Shown here: in pieces, positions 11,900-64,000 of the stretch
Position numbering within the stretch: position 1 is the first letter of the stretch
Layout of the letters: each line of letters begins with the position of its first letter
Origin: Octopus sinensis
Taxonomy: Eukaryota
DNA: 64,000 nt
Direction: 5' to 3'
NCBI RefSeq assembly: GCF_006345805.1
Contig: NC_042999.1
Span: forward strand, 129,642,001 to 129,706,000
Notes under the pieces: generated by a model
Seen by the model: only the letters and a program-made list of their open reading frames with translations
Told to the model about the DNA's origin: nothing
Database searches by the model: none
Program-made: the position numbers and the translations under genes

Positions 11900-12462
11900 A
11901 AAGTCAAGTTGATCACTCACTGTTGGAATGTCTTTGATTAAAGGTCTGCTCAATCAAGGATCAACATTGACTTCGCTAATCTTTTTTTTTATACTTTTTA
12001 ATAGTTGAGCAGATGATAACATACATAATTATACGTAACAACTGACATAATTAAACTTTGGCGTACATTTCAGAAATAAAGCTGTACAATTTAGGGGTTG
12101 GTTTTTGTTTTAGAACGTACAAAACACATTTCTGTGACGTTGTCACAATGTGAAAATCGCGAATATTTTAGACAACGCTGTAAATGAAAGACGAGTTGTA
12201 ATGTGTTAACTACAATAACTATGTATATATCTCTCAAAAATCATAACCACAGAATACGACCAACATCCTCTAACATCATCATTTCACACAGATAATTTTT
12301 GCTTTAAAGTATTCTTCAAATACTAAATATTTCATTGAATGTTAATCAGACATCTTTCACAAGAAGGGAATTTATATCTTAGGCCCTTATGTTGACTGAC
12401 GATGCACAGTTTCAAGTTTATAAGTGATACATTCTTAAGAGGGAGTACATACATTGTTGTAG
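11900..12462. promoter_or_regulatory. Candidate bidirectional promoter / first-exon region
   Basis: Unique, CpG-retaining sequence between the two divergent genes. Palindrome TGTGAC-GTT-GTCACA at 12133-12147. Candidate - strand donor (gtgagt) near 11910 and + strand donor (ag|gtacgt) after 12462. Confidence 0.35.
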
Positions 12463-13162
12463 GTACGTCTCTTTTTACCTTACGCTTATTGTTGTTTAAC
12501 TTTGATCATAGGTTTGCTTGAGCTAACCCATAATTAAAGACATTGTTATGATAATCCTATCTTTTTATGTACAGGGATAACCTATAGTACGCAGCCTCAA
12601 CAGTTTGTAGACATCAAAACAACAGTACTCAACTTTTAACTACCAGGCTGGCCATCATATATATATAGTATGATAATATATATCTAAAAGAAAAAAAATA
12701 AATAAATAAAATGTAATTAGTCATTCTTTTACATTTTCCAGTTGAAGAAATGTTCAATAAGCCTATCAAACAGCCATTTTAGATATGAAAAAATAGTAGT
12801 TTTATTGCTAGATATAAAATAACTGGTTGCATACTTGTAAATATAATAAGGATGTGGCCATGAAAATTACACTGCCATATTAATAAATAATGTCAATCAA
12901 CTTCATAATATATAGACTATTCTGTCAGTTATTATAGACTTCAGTTCCTAGCCTGAAGCCCGACACGAGTGAGCAGACCCGTGAGCAAAAGCGTTCCAAT
13001 CATGACCATCCATTATTACCCCGGATATAGCGTACCAGGATGATATATCCTATGTGCTAAAACTCTTTTTAAGGCGACAAGGTGTTGTTTTGAGGGCGAT
13101 TTGACTGTTATTTCGACCAGAAAGATAGCCACATGCTCACTTCATAAATATTCTATTTAAAG

Positions 13163-13493
13163 GGATCTCGTTTAGGGTTAGGGGTAGGGGAAAGGGTATC
13201 TTTTTTTCTTCAGAAATAACATCGCCGAAATGTAAATAAACCCAATCTGTTTCTTAAACGAGGGACATATACAGCACAGAATGTTTTCACCTCAATAGAC
13301 GTCATTGATTGGTTGAAATTGCAGAAATTGAAGAAAAAAACAACAACAAATATCTTACAAACTATAGAATTTTCTCAATAAAGCCAAGAGAAAAAGATGT
13401 TTTATAAACACATTCTACCAGTATACGAAGTTTAAAAGTGTTTAGTTACGTGGAAATTATTTTAAAAAACTGCCGTTCAAACCGAAAAGATCC
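13163..13493. mobile_element. Copy of the GGATCTTTT-terminus family in reverse orientation
   Basis: Reverse complement of much of 5733-6230; ends GAAAAGATCC. Confidence 0.7.
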
Positions 13494-13613
13494 AAATTTA
13501 TTCCTATATAGGAAATTACGAAATTCTGATTCGGTAAAATAGTTTGAAAAATGAGATGGAAATGGTGAATTTTTATTTATTCATTCATTTATTTATTATT
13601 TACTAAAGGTTTT

Positions 13614-14234
13614 GGCGGAGGTGAAGAATACGTACATCACCCGTTTTCGGCGTAATAAAAATCCTGACCCTAATCCTAAACCCTAACCCTAAACACCGCT
13701 ATGATGAATTTTTAGTATATCACTGTGGCTAATGGTGGACCCTAAAGTCCTCAACGCCTTTTGGTTGGAACTGGCATACTACCACTAGCGTAGCAAGAGT
13801 GTGTGTCCCCGGACCCCACAAAAAACATATTGCTTACAGCAGACCCAAAAGTGCCGCTTTTGTAGAGTAGAGGGCCCCACTGACATTTCTCTAATTGAGC
13901 CCCATATTTCCTTGCGCTGTCCTGACCCTACGCAAGCCCATTTTAAAACCTTTGGGAATAGGTGGTTCATATTAGTCAGGCCTCTATCCTGTGGCCAGTT
14001 AACATGAGAGATTAAGTACAGTAGCACCCAGGTGTTTACTCTAAAATGATTAAAAGCATAATAGTCGTTACAGTACCGACCTTTTAACAAGTATTGTGTA
14101 TCTATGATAGCATTATCGGCGAAAGTAAAGAATACATTCATCCGGTGTTTAGGATTAGGGCTAGGGTTTAGGGGTTGGGTTTAGGGTTTTTGTTACGCTG
14201 AAAACAGGTGGTGTACGTATTCTTTACCTCCGCC
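13614..14234. mobile_element. MITE with ~90 bp TIRs containing telomere-like repeats
   Basis: GGCGGAGGTGAAGAATACGTACA... and ...TGTACGTATTCTTTACCTCCGCC; CCCTAA/TTAGGG arrays inside both arms. Confidence 0.75.
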
Positions 14235-15121
14235 GCATTATCCAATGTATGTTTTCTTTCTTCTTTAAGGTGTCAAAGTGTGATTTGGTTGCTATTTCTA
14301 GCCAATCAAGTAACCTCGTAGAGACTTCCCTCTTTGGTTCAAATAGACTGAAGCGTGATGGTAGTCTGTTTCAATGGAGTCTCAAATTTCTAGTTAATTA
14401 ATTTTATACATTAGTCTGTCTTTTACTTGTTTCAGTCATTTGACTGCGGCCATACTGGGGCACCGCCTGGAAGGGTTTTAGTCGAGCAAATTGACCTCAG
14501 GACTTATTTTTTCTAAGCCTTGTACTTTATTCTGTCGATCTCTTTTACTGAAAGTTAAGGGGACGTAAACATACCACCACTGGTTGTCAAGCGATGGACA
14601 CACACACACACACAAGTTAAAAACATAGTAAATGCCCAGACGAACGGAAAACAGATACAGAAGGTCCCCAATTCCTTATCAGTTAGCCAGTGGGTCAAAC
14701 GCAGTTTTGTACCTTTAACGATAATATTGCTGCAGGGAATATGGGAGCAAGAACAGACAAACAATACAAGTGATACAGAAGTGGACATACGAAAATTAAT
14801 AAATGTAATTCAAGACGAGGAAGGCGAAGTGTAGATAATGCTAAGAAGGAAATCGTAAAGGACTGGAAATAAGGGCAACAGACAGTGAAATAGGTTGATG
14901 TGGAAACCAGAGAAATTATGACCAATTGCTTCAACAGCTGATGTAAAAAGGGAGAAAGGGAAAAAGGCTGACACCACAGGTTATGTGTCAGTAGCGAGCA
15001 GAGGAGAAAGAGAATGAGAGAAAAGGAGAAAGAAGAAAGGCTAGAAATAGAAGTTGCATGAATATATAAACGACTTAATTGTAAATAAAACCAAGGGTGT
15101 GTTGCGTTCTGTTAATAAATA

Positions 15122-18100
15122 CCGTATTTTGTGGCATATAAGACGCAAGTTTTTTTCATTTTCAAAATTTGACCCTCAAATTTACTCTGTCCTGCATGGA
15201 CACACAGCTTTGGACCTTGTTTAACAATATAAACAACTCAAACAACTTCCAAATGAATATAATGGTATATTACGCTGCAGACGATATGTACAGACATTGT
15301 ACACGCTATGTGTACTCATTCCATATCCCCACCCAGTACTGGGGTCCATGGTTCTCCATGGCGCTTTGTTGAATATGTCTGGAGAGACACTGCTCAATGC
15401 ACTTACCAGTAATTATGTTTATTTTCTGCTTAATCTCAGCACTACACACTAGCTTTTCTCTTTCCTTAATCATTGTGGTTTTATTCATAGTTAACACTGG
15501 GGGCAATACTTATGAGTAAAATGGGCTCATAATACCGTAATCAAAGTTTGCCCACTGTAACATGTACTTACCATCTTTGCTTACCAAACCAAAACAATGG
15601 AAGTGACACTGCCACCGAGCGACTTGGAAACTAACATGCGCCTTCAGTTGCTTACAACTGTACTGGAAACCAGACATCTTTCTGTATGATAATTTTTGAA
15701 ACTACCAGAATGCCATAATAAGTTAAACATGGAATGTTCCATAAATGACTGATAATTTGTTAAACTACTGGCTGTTGTGAGGCAAACCACTCATTATCAT
15801 AGCTGTTTACAGATTTCAAAAGCGTAACCATTATTATATATCCTGTATCAAGTAACAGTATTGTATAAATAAAACAAATCTTCAATGAAGCACAAAATAC
15901 TTCAATTCTATCTAACACTTAAAACAAACAACAGAACAATTATCTCTACATTATAACCATCTCACAGACATTCTTTGTTTTGTTTTGGTAGTACTGACTG
16001 AGTCTGGCACCAACAAAGTGCATGTGCAGTTGCAGTGAGCAGCCAACCAAAACCAACGACATCAACGGTTTGAACATGGACCTCCTTGGGGTAGCACATT
16101 GAATTCCCTATCTGTTCAATCAGAATTACAGTAAATATCAGTAACATATAGTGGGGCAAATATTATCATTCAGTGAAATGAACAAACATTTATAGATTAC
16201 CATATGGTAATAGTGTATAACAGTACTTTTTGCCCCACTTTATGATACTAATATTCACTTTTTTTAATTTTCAGAATATCAGTACCCTTATAGAATGGAG
16301 TTGCAGAAAAGGTATAGTTACACTATCGGATACAAATTGCAAGTGATAGCATATGCCAAGGAACATGGTAACAGAGTGGCTGCTAGACATTTTGCATCAC
16401 CTCCAGTGGAGAGAATAGTATGGATGTGAAAACAGGAGGATGAACTGCAACAGGCTGAAAAATGGAAACATAACCTGCGGAAACCAAATGCAAAATAGCC
16501 TGAACTTGAAAATGAGTTGAAAACCTGGGTTGCAGATAACCGGAACAAAGGTATAGTTGTGTCAACTAAAGCCATAATTTTTCAAGCTAAAGTTATGGCA
16601 GCCACAAGAGGTCATGATTTCAGTGGCTGTGCAAGCTGGTCTTTTTGTTTCATGAAAAGAAACAGATTGACTATGTTTATAAAAAGGATAGCACAGAAAA
16701 TGCCAGAAGAATATGAAAACAAGATACTGGAATTTCACCAATTTGTGATATGTACAACATAACGCTGCAGATATGGACGAGGTGCTACTGATATTTGATA
16801 TTCCCTCAAACAGGACTGTAGATGCTAAAGGTAGCAAAACAGTTTCTGTTAAAACAACAGAACATGAAAAACACACTACACCATAGTATTGGCTTGTTGT
16901 GCAGATGGCATGAAACTACTACCACTTATAATATTTAAAAGAAAAACACTTCCAAAGGACTGCTTTCCATCAGGAGTTGTTATTCACGTTTACCTTAAGG
17001 GGTGGACGGACGAATATGGTATAAAGTTATGGTTAGATAAAGTATGGTCAGTACATCCTGGTGCTTTACGCAAAACACCATCCCTTCTTGTCTGGAACCA
17101 ATTTCATGTACACACAACTGAGAGTATAGTAAGGAGGCTAAAGAACTTAAACACTGAAATAACTGTCATACCTGGTGGATTGACTTCCCAATTACAACCT
17201 CTTGATGTTTCATTAAACAAGCCTTTCAAGGACCAGATTAGAAAGGAGTAGGATAACTGGATGCAGGTCCCGCAACATGAACTGGCATCAACAGGCAATA
17301 TGAAGAGGCCTATATTTTCCCAGGTAGCCCATTGAGTGAAAAATTCGTGGGAAGCAGTAAAAACCGAAACAATTATGAAAGGCTTCAAAAAAATGTATCA
17401 GTAACACCCTAGATGGCACTGAAAATGATTTCTTATATTATAATTATGATAATGACATATTTGATTCTGAAAACAACGATGATCTTGAGGAATGCGAGGA
17501 AGCTGATGGATTCTCAGAACATGAGGAAAACGACAGCCAGGAACTGAATGAGGATGACAGTAATCATGACTTTTTAGGATTTTAAAGTGAATAAAGTTTT
17601 TAAAGATTATGGTGTCAAAAGTTACTAATATGGTTACTGTATTTTAATATTTTGGTTATTTACTGGCAGGATTTGATAAGTTTTCTTTTTACAAATAAAG
17701 TGGCAATAGTAAAGACTGTTAATATAAAAAAAATTAAAATATAACAAACACTGATATGTTTGATAAATATCAGTACAAACAAAAATAATGAACTGTGTAG
17801 ATGAGGCTATGGATATAGCGTTAACTGGCGTTTACTGCAAACACTTGCAGTAGAAACACAACCAGAAAAGTTTTCTTTATACAAATAGTGGCAGTAATGA
17901 AGAATGTAAACAATATAAAAAAAAATAAAGATAAAAAATTATGAAAGCATTATGGTAAATATCAGAAAACAAAGCAAAGAACAATGAAGCTGAGGTCACG
18001 GCAATATCAGAGTCGAGACATTGGCAGATAATAAATGTATGGCTCACAATCAAAAAATTCAAAACAATTCGTTGTTGCATCCCTGGCACTCTTCCCAATA

Positions 18101-18903
18101 ATAAGGTACAGGTACTGTAATCTGTGTTCACAGAATGTACTGGCATTTCCAAAACATGGTGCACAGATAACCTTAAATATAAGGTTTAGTAGCAGACATG
18201 GACTGAACTCAGTTTCAATCCTAGCGCTGAAGCAGGCTCTACAAAATTCCCCTTACTGTAATTTTATTTGTCTTCATTGAGGGTATGGCCCAAAAATGTG
18301 TGCCAAACCATTTAAAATACATGGGTAGAGACAACATAAAGGAACTTAACAGTAATAAAAGATAAGATTTAGTGAACGAATGACATGCACTGTGATAAAT
18401 TCAACCTTGGGCCAAATGCTGAAGGCACAGGGCATACTAGAATATTTGGGAATTTTTCGAATGTTTCACAAAGCTGATGCAATGAAAAAGCAGTGAAGCC
18501 ATGGGAAAACCAGCAATAATAGCCAATACTTTTCGAAGGTGTACAGGTGTGGATGATGCAGTAACCAGTCACTGTACAATTTTTCTGTTTTAGGCAGCAA
18601 ACAACGATATAAGCTGTTCAGACCACACCACCCCTGTGACCACCATTCCACTTAGCATATCACTAACCCTTATTTTGGTTAACTTTGTCCTAAGTCCTTA
18701 TTTTGGTTAACTGTCCTAACCTTACTTGGGCTAACCTTTACACTTGCTAACCATTTATGTGGACTCTGTCCCCCATTGTGACACTCCATTGTGACACTTT
18801 CTATCCTATGGAAAAAAGCTGGAAATTCCTCTTATGTATAATTACATTTTCTTGCATATTCCATATTAATTTTAGAGTGCGTCTTATATGCTGCAAAATA
18901 CAG
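15122..18903 (+). mobile_element. Full-length degenerate pogo-superfamily (Tc2/Passer, POGK-like) DNA transposon, 3782 bp
   Basis: 26-bp TIRs CCGTATTTTGTGGCATATAAGACGCA / TGCGTCTTATATGCTGCAAAATACAG; TA TSD at 15120-21 and 18904-05; internal transposase. Confidence 0.9.
16295..17585 (+). pseudogene. POGK-like transposase (Brinker-type DBD, CENP-B HTH, DDE_1, acidic tail)
   Basis: MELQKRYSYTIGYKLQVIAYAKEHGNRVAARHF; *PELENELKTWV; ADMDEV..FDIP; LACCADG.KL; GGLTSQLQPLDVSLNKPFK. Stops replace Trp codons and there is a frameshift near 16760. Confidence 0.9.
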
Positions 18904-19365
18904 TAAGTTCAAAAATGTATAGTAAATGCACAAACAAAAAACAGACACAGAATGGCAAGTTAAAAAAACAGTAAATGCACAGACGAATGGAAAACAGACA
19001 CAGAAAGCCCCAGTTCCCTATCAGTTATATATACATTGAGCTTCTTTCAGTTTCTGTCACCAAATACATTCACAGGGGGTTTATTCGGCCTCAGGCTATA
19101 GTAGAAGGCACTTGACCAAGGTGCCATGCAGTGGAAGTGAACCTGAAACTATGTGGTTGGGAAGTAAACTTCTTACCACATAGCCATACCTGTGCTAACC
19201 TTCAGCTGCAAATCCCTATTTGGAAACATGAAGTTATTTCACCATGTTGACTGTGAACAAGATGTTTGATATAAACCACAGCAATTATGTTTCTTATTTA
19301 ATGTCTCTTTTTATCTCTAACTTCTATTATAGATTTACTCTGAGAAATCATTCTATATTGCCATC

Positions 19366-60591
<41,226 letters not shown>

Positions 60592-61667
60592 GTGAGAACT
60601 TGGTAACATTTTATCTTCTTTATGGACATTATTTATGAATATTGATCGAGTTAAATTAATAAAACTTAAGAGCTTTTAGAGCAGTAGAAGGAAATTTGGT
60701 TTCTTTGTTCAGCTTTTTGTTTCATATAATAATGATGACCTTGTTATATACAGTACTCAGGTTCACTACAACTCATTGGAAAAGGGTAAAAGAGGGAACA
60801 GAAAAAGCAGCATTATATCAAATAAAGAAAGACAGCAATGATAGCTAAAAATACATACATAGGACAGAAAGTGAACTGTAAAAGAATTATAAAAAAGAAA
60901 GGCTGCATTACATTAATGGTTTCAAATTATGGCACAAGACTATCATATCTGGGGGAGAGGGTAAGTTGATTACACTGACTCCAGTGTTCAGCCGGTACTT
61001 ATTTTATTGACCCTGAAAGGATAAAAGGCAAAATCAACCTTGGTGGAATTTGAACTCAGAACATAAAGAAGGATGAAATGCCACTAAGCATTTTGTCCAG
61101 CATGCTAACTATTCTGCCAGCTTACTGCCTTAGGTGCATTTTATTAATAAGATAGAAATGTTTTTGACATATCCTATGATGGACTAAAAATGCTGAATAA
61201 TTTTTAAAGAAGTCTAGAGCATTATCTTACTATATTAGTTGCAGCTGTAGCATGTCAGGGAAGCTTTTTTGCTGTCTCATCATAGCACTGTTGTGCTATG
61301 GCAACTCCAACCAATCAGTGCTGGGTGTGTATTAATATCAAAAGCAGTTCTCTGCCTAAGAAGAGAAGCACACATTTTAACTAGTTAGCAGAAAAACAGC
61401 AGACAAGCAACATCTTTTCTCCAGCATGTGAATAGCCTCTTTCTTTTTCACATCAACATCATGCCACTAGCTCTGAATATTATCAGCTCTCACTCAAGTT
61501 GCCACATCATGAACAGCGTATTTCATTTATGCTAACTTCACTCCATGAAATTCTGGATAACATCGGTCACAACTCTAGCATATTATGTTTCCATTGACAC
61601 TGGCTCCATTTCTGTTAGCTTATAACGACTTCTAACTGAATCCATTTTTCAAATGTAAGTTATAAAT

Positions 61668-62436
61668 AATAATAATGAAATTATTGTATACAGTGCTCAG
61701 GTGCACCACAACTTGTCAAAAGTGTGTGTAAAGCATGTGCAGTAATGAACAAATGTCTGGAAAGTGAACAGTATATGAGTCAGATACATGCTTGCATGTG
61801 TATGGAGGGGAGAAAATCAGGTGTAGTGTTAGCAAATGTCAGGAAGCATGGAAGTTTTGAAGGATGCAGTGCTCCGACAATTAACATCTGATGCCAGCAG
61901 TTTGTTCCATACTTCAGCAACTCTTAGCATGAAAAAATGTTTCCAAAAGTCATGGGAGCTGTGCTGTTTTCTGACTTTGTAAACATGTCAACAGGTGTTA
62001 GACAGGTGGAGTTTGAAAAGGTACTCAGAGTTATTGTTTGTAAGATGGTTAATAATTCTATGGGTGTCTGCCAAGTCAGCTGCCAGACGTCAGAGTTTCA
62101 ATGTATCCATGCCCAGGGAAGTAAGGCATTCAGAATATGGCAGATGCCTGATGGAGGGTATTCTCTTGGTTGCACATTACTGAACAGTTTCCAGATGATT
62201 AATATCCTGGGCAAGATAGGGGTTCCAGACAGTGATGCAAATTCCAGGTGAGGCCACACCATAGCTATATGTAGCCTCAAATAGATAGCCAGAGAGTGGC
62301 TCACAAATTGTTTGTAAGATGGTTAATAATTCTATGGGTGTCTGCCAAGTCAGCTGCCAGACGTCAGAGTTTCAATGTATCCATGCCCAAGGAAGTAAGG
62401 CATTCAGAATATGGCAAATGCCTGATGGAGGGTATT
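61668..62436 (-). mobile_element. Older CR1-clade LINE 3' end of the same family
   Basis: WPHLEFASLSGTP; reverse complement similarity to 41464-41990, including the 3' UTR. Confidence 0.85.
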
Positions 62437-64000
62437 AAAGCTTTCTCTGACTCATGCACACACACCGGCTATGTTCATACTACTTGTCAGTTCTCATTAT
62501 CCTTTAATAAATTAAATTATTTTGTATAAAAATATCTTCTGATATTTTCATTATACATACTTCTCAAAAGTTCACTGGATCTCTCTATGAACACTTTCAC
62601 TAAAGTAGTAACTTTTTACCAACTTTCACTCTATAAATTAGTGACTACTCTCACTAAACAGCTCAACAAGAAGATAACTAATTACTGAACTGCCTCTTAA
62701 AATGTTGAATATTTTTAATGCGACAATGTTTATATAATGTTTATTAATATGGCAAAGTGGACATGCTTTTTTCACTCCTCAATCATGTGCTAAAGGGAAA
62801 ATTCTGTTAAATATCTACATTAAAACTAAGTGAATTACTAATACTCTTAAATTCCATTCTTACAAAAAGGCCCAAATTCTTGTATAATTTGTGTATAACC
62901 AAAGCCCTATGTCCTGTTTCTCTCTCAGCTCTTTTATGGGCTTTTTAGCAAAGAGGTTGTGATTAATTTCTCTTAAGAATTATCTGCTAGTGATGCAAAT
63001 GTTTTGTTCTGAACTTTGCCTCACATAGACAACATCTCAAAATCCATCAGAGGAGTTTTCTTTAAAGTGGAAGTTTGTATGGGCAGCAGCAATAATAATG
63101 TTGTTGACAATTATGATGATGCTACATAAGTTTTTCAGGAGCTAAATGCACAAACTCCTCTTGTAGCGTTTTGCCTTTTGTCAAAGTATAACTGACCTGT
63201 GGTACCATTCTTTAGGCTCAAATGTCAAATTGCATGTAACAAAAAAATTATAACATTCCAGCATCTTTGTTAATTTTCCGTTTTCATTATTTTAAACTGG
63301 AATAAGGGAGCAAGCTTACAAAATCACTGGCATGCAGAATAAAATGCTGTTAAACATTTTGTCTGTCTTTGCATTCTAGTTCAAATTCTGCTGAAGTCAA
63401 TTTTACCTTTCATCCTTTTGAAGTCAATGAAATAAGTACCCAGTTGTACACTCTGGTTGCTGTAATTGACTAACCCACTTCTCTCAAAATGCCAAGCCAT
63501 GTGCCTGTAGAAGAAAGGATTATGTTAGACGAGATTTATTAAACACAGACTTTGTTTATCACTGTTATCATATTTATGAAGTCTTAGTTTTAATCTTCTA
63601 TTATAATTCCATTGACATCTAAGTTGTTTTATTAAATTGGTCCTAGTATTTTATTGAATTCAGTTGGATGAGAGGTAAAACTGATCCTGGTAGAATTTGA
63701 TCTCAGAACATAGAAAGCTATAACTAAACACTGTGGGCACTCTGCTTGATACTCTAATGTCTCTCCCTAATCACCACCAATCTCATACGTTATATCTTTG
63801 GATCATTGCACACGCCTTACCTTCACACACTCACACACACACACATGCATGAGGAAGTAAACTGATTATATGCATACAGTTTTCTTTCATTCTCAATAAA
63901 TATAACTGTTATTAAGGCAGCAAGCTAGCAGAATTGCTAGCATGCCAGGCAAAATGCCTAGCAGCATTTCGTCTGTCTTAACATTTTGAGTTCAGATTCA

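Noticed and set aside
63026-63137. Possible exon 15 of the CCDC162-like gene
   Set aside because: No match to the expected next conserved segment and no good GT donor.

Overview
AT-rich, microsatellite-dense animal genomic DNA. The SINE/LINE inventory suggests a coleoid cephalopod, probably Octopus (inference). The main gene is a + strand CCDC162-like (DUF4549/C6orf183 family) gene that the ORF track misses. I reconstructed 14 phase-compatible GT-AG coding exons from 19366 to 60591 (1787 nt, about 595 codons, no internal stop), and the gene continues beyond the window. A probable second gene runs on the - strand from a candidate shared promoter at about 11.9-12.5 kb. The rest is transposable elements: three tRNA-derived SINE families; RTE, CR1, CRE and Penelope-like retroelement pieces; Tc1, mariner, maT, pogo/Tc2, MULE, hAT, piggyBac and Helitron elements. 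Most ORF-track entries are microsatellite or TE artefacts. Best leads: (1) a 3.8 kb pogo/Tc2-type transposon with decayed unidentified antisense reading frames on both sides of its transposase; (2) a minimal type I hammerhead ribozyme in a Penelope-like remnant; (3) a CRE-clade RLE retrotransposon end nested in a SINE; (4) a CpG-decay boundary near 14 kb. All homology calls are from recall of family motifs; no searches were run.
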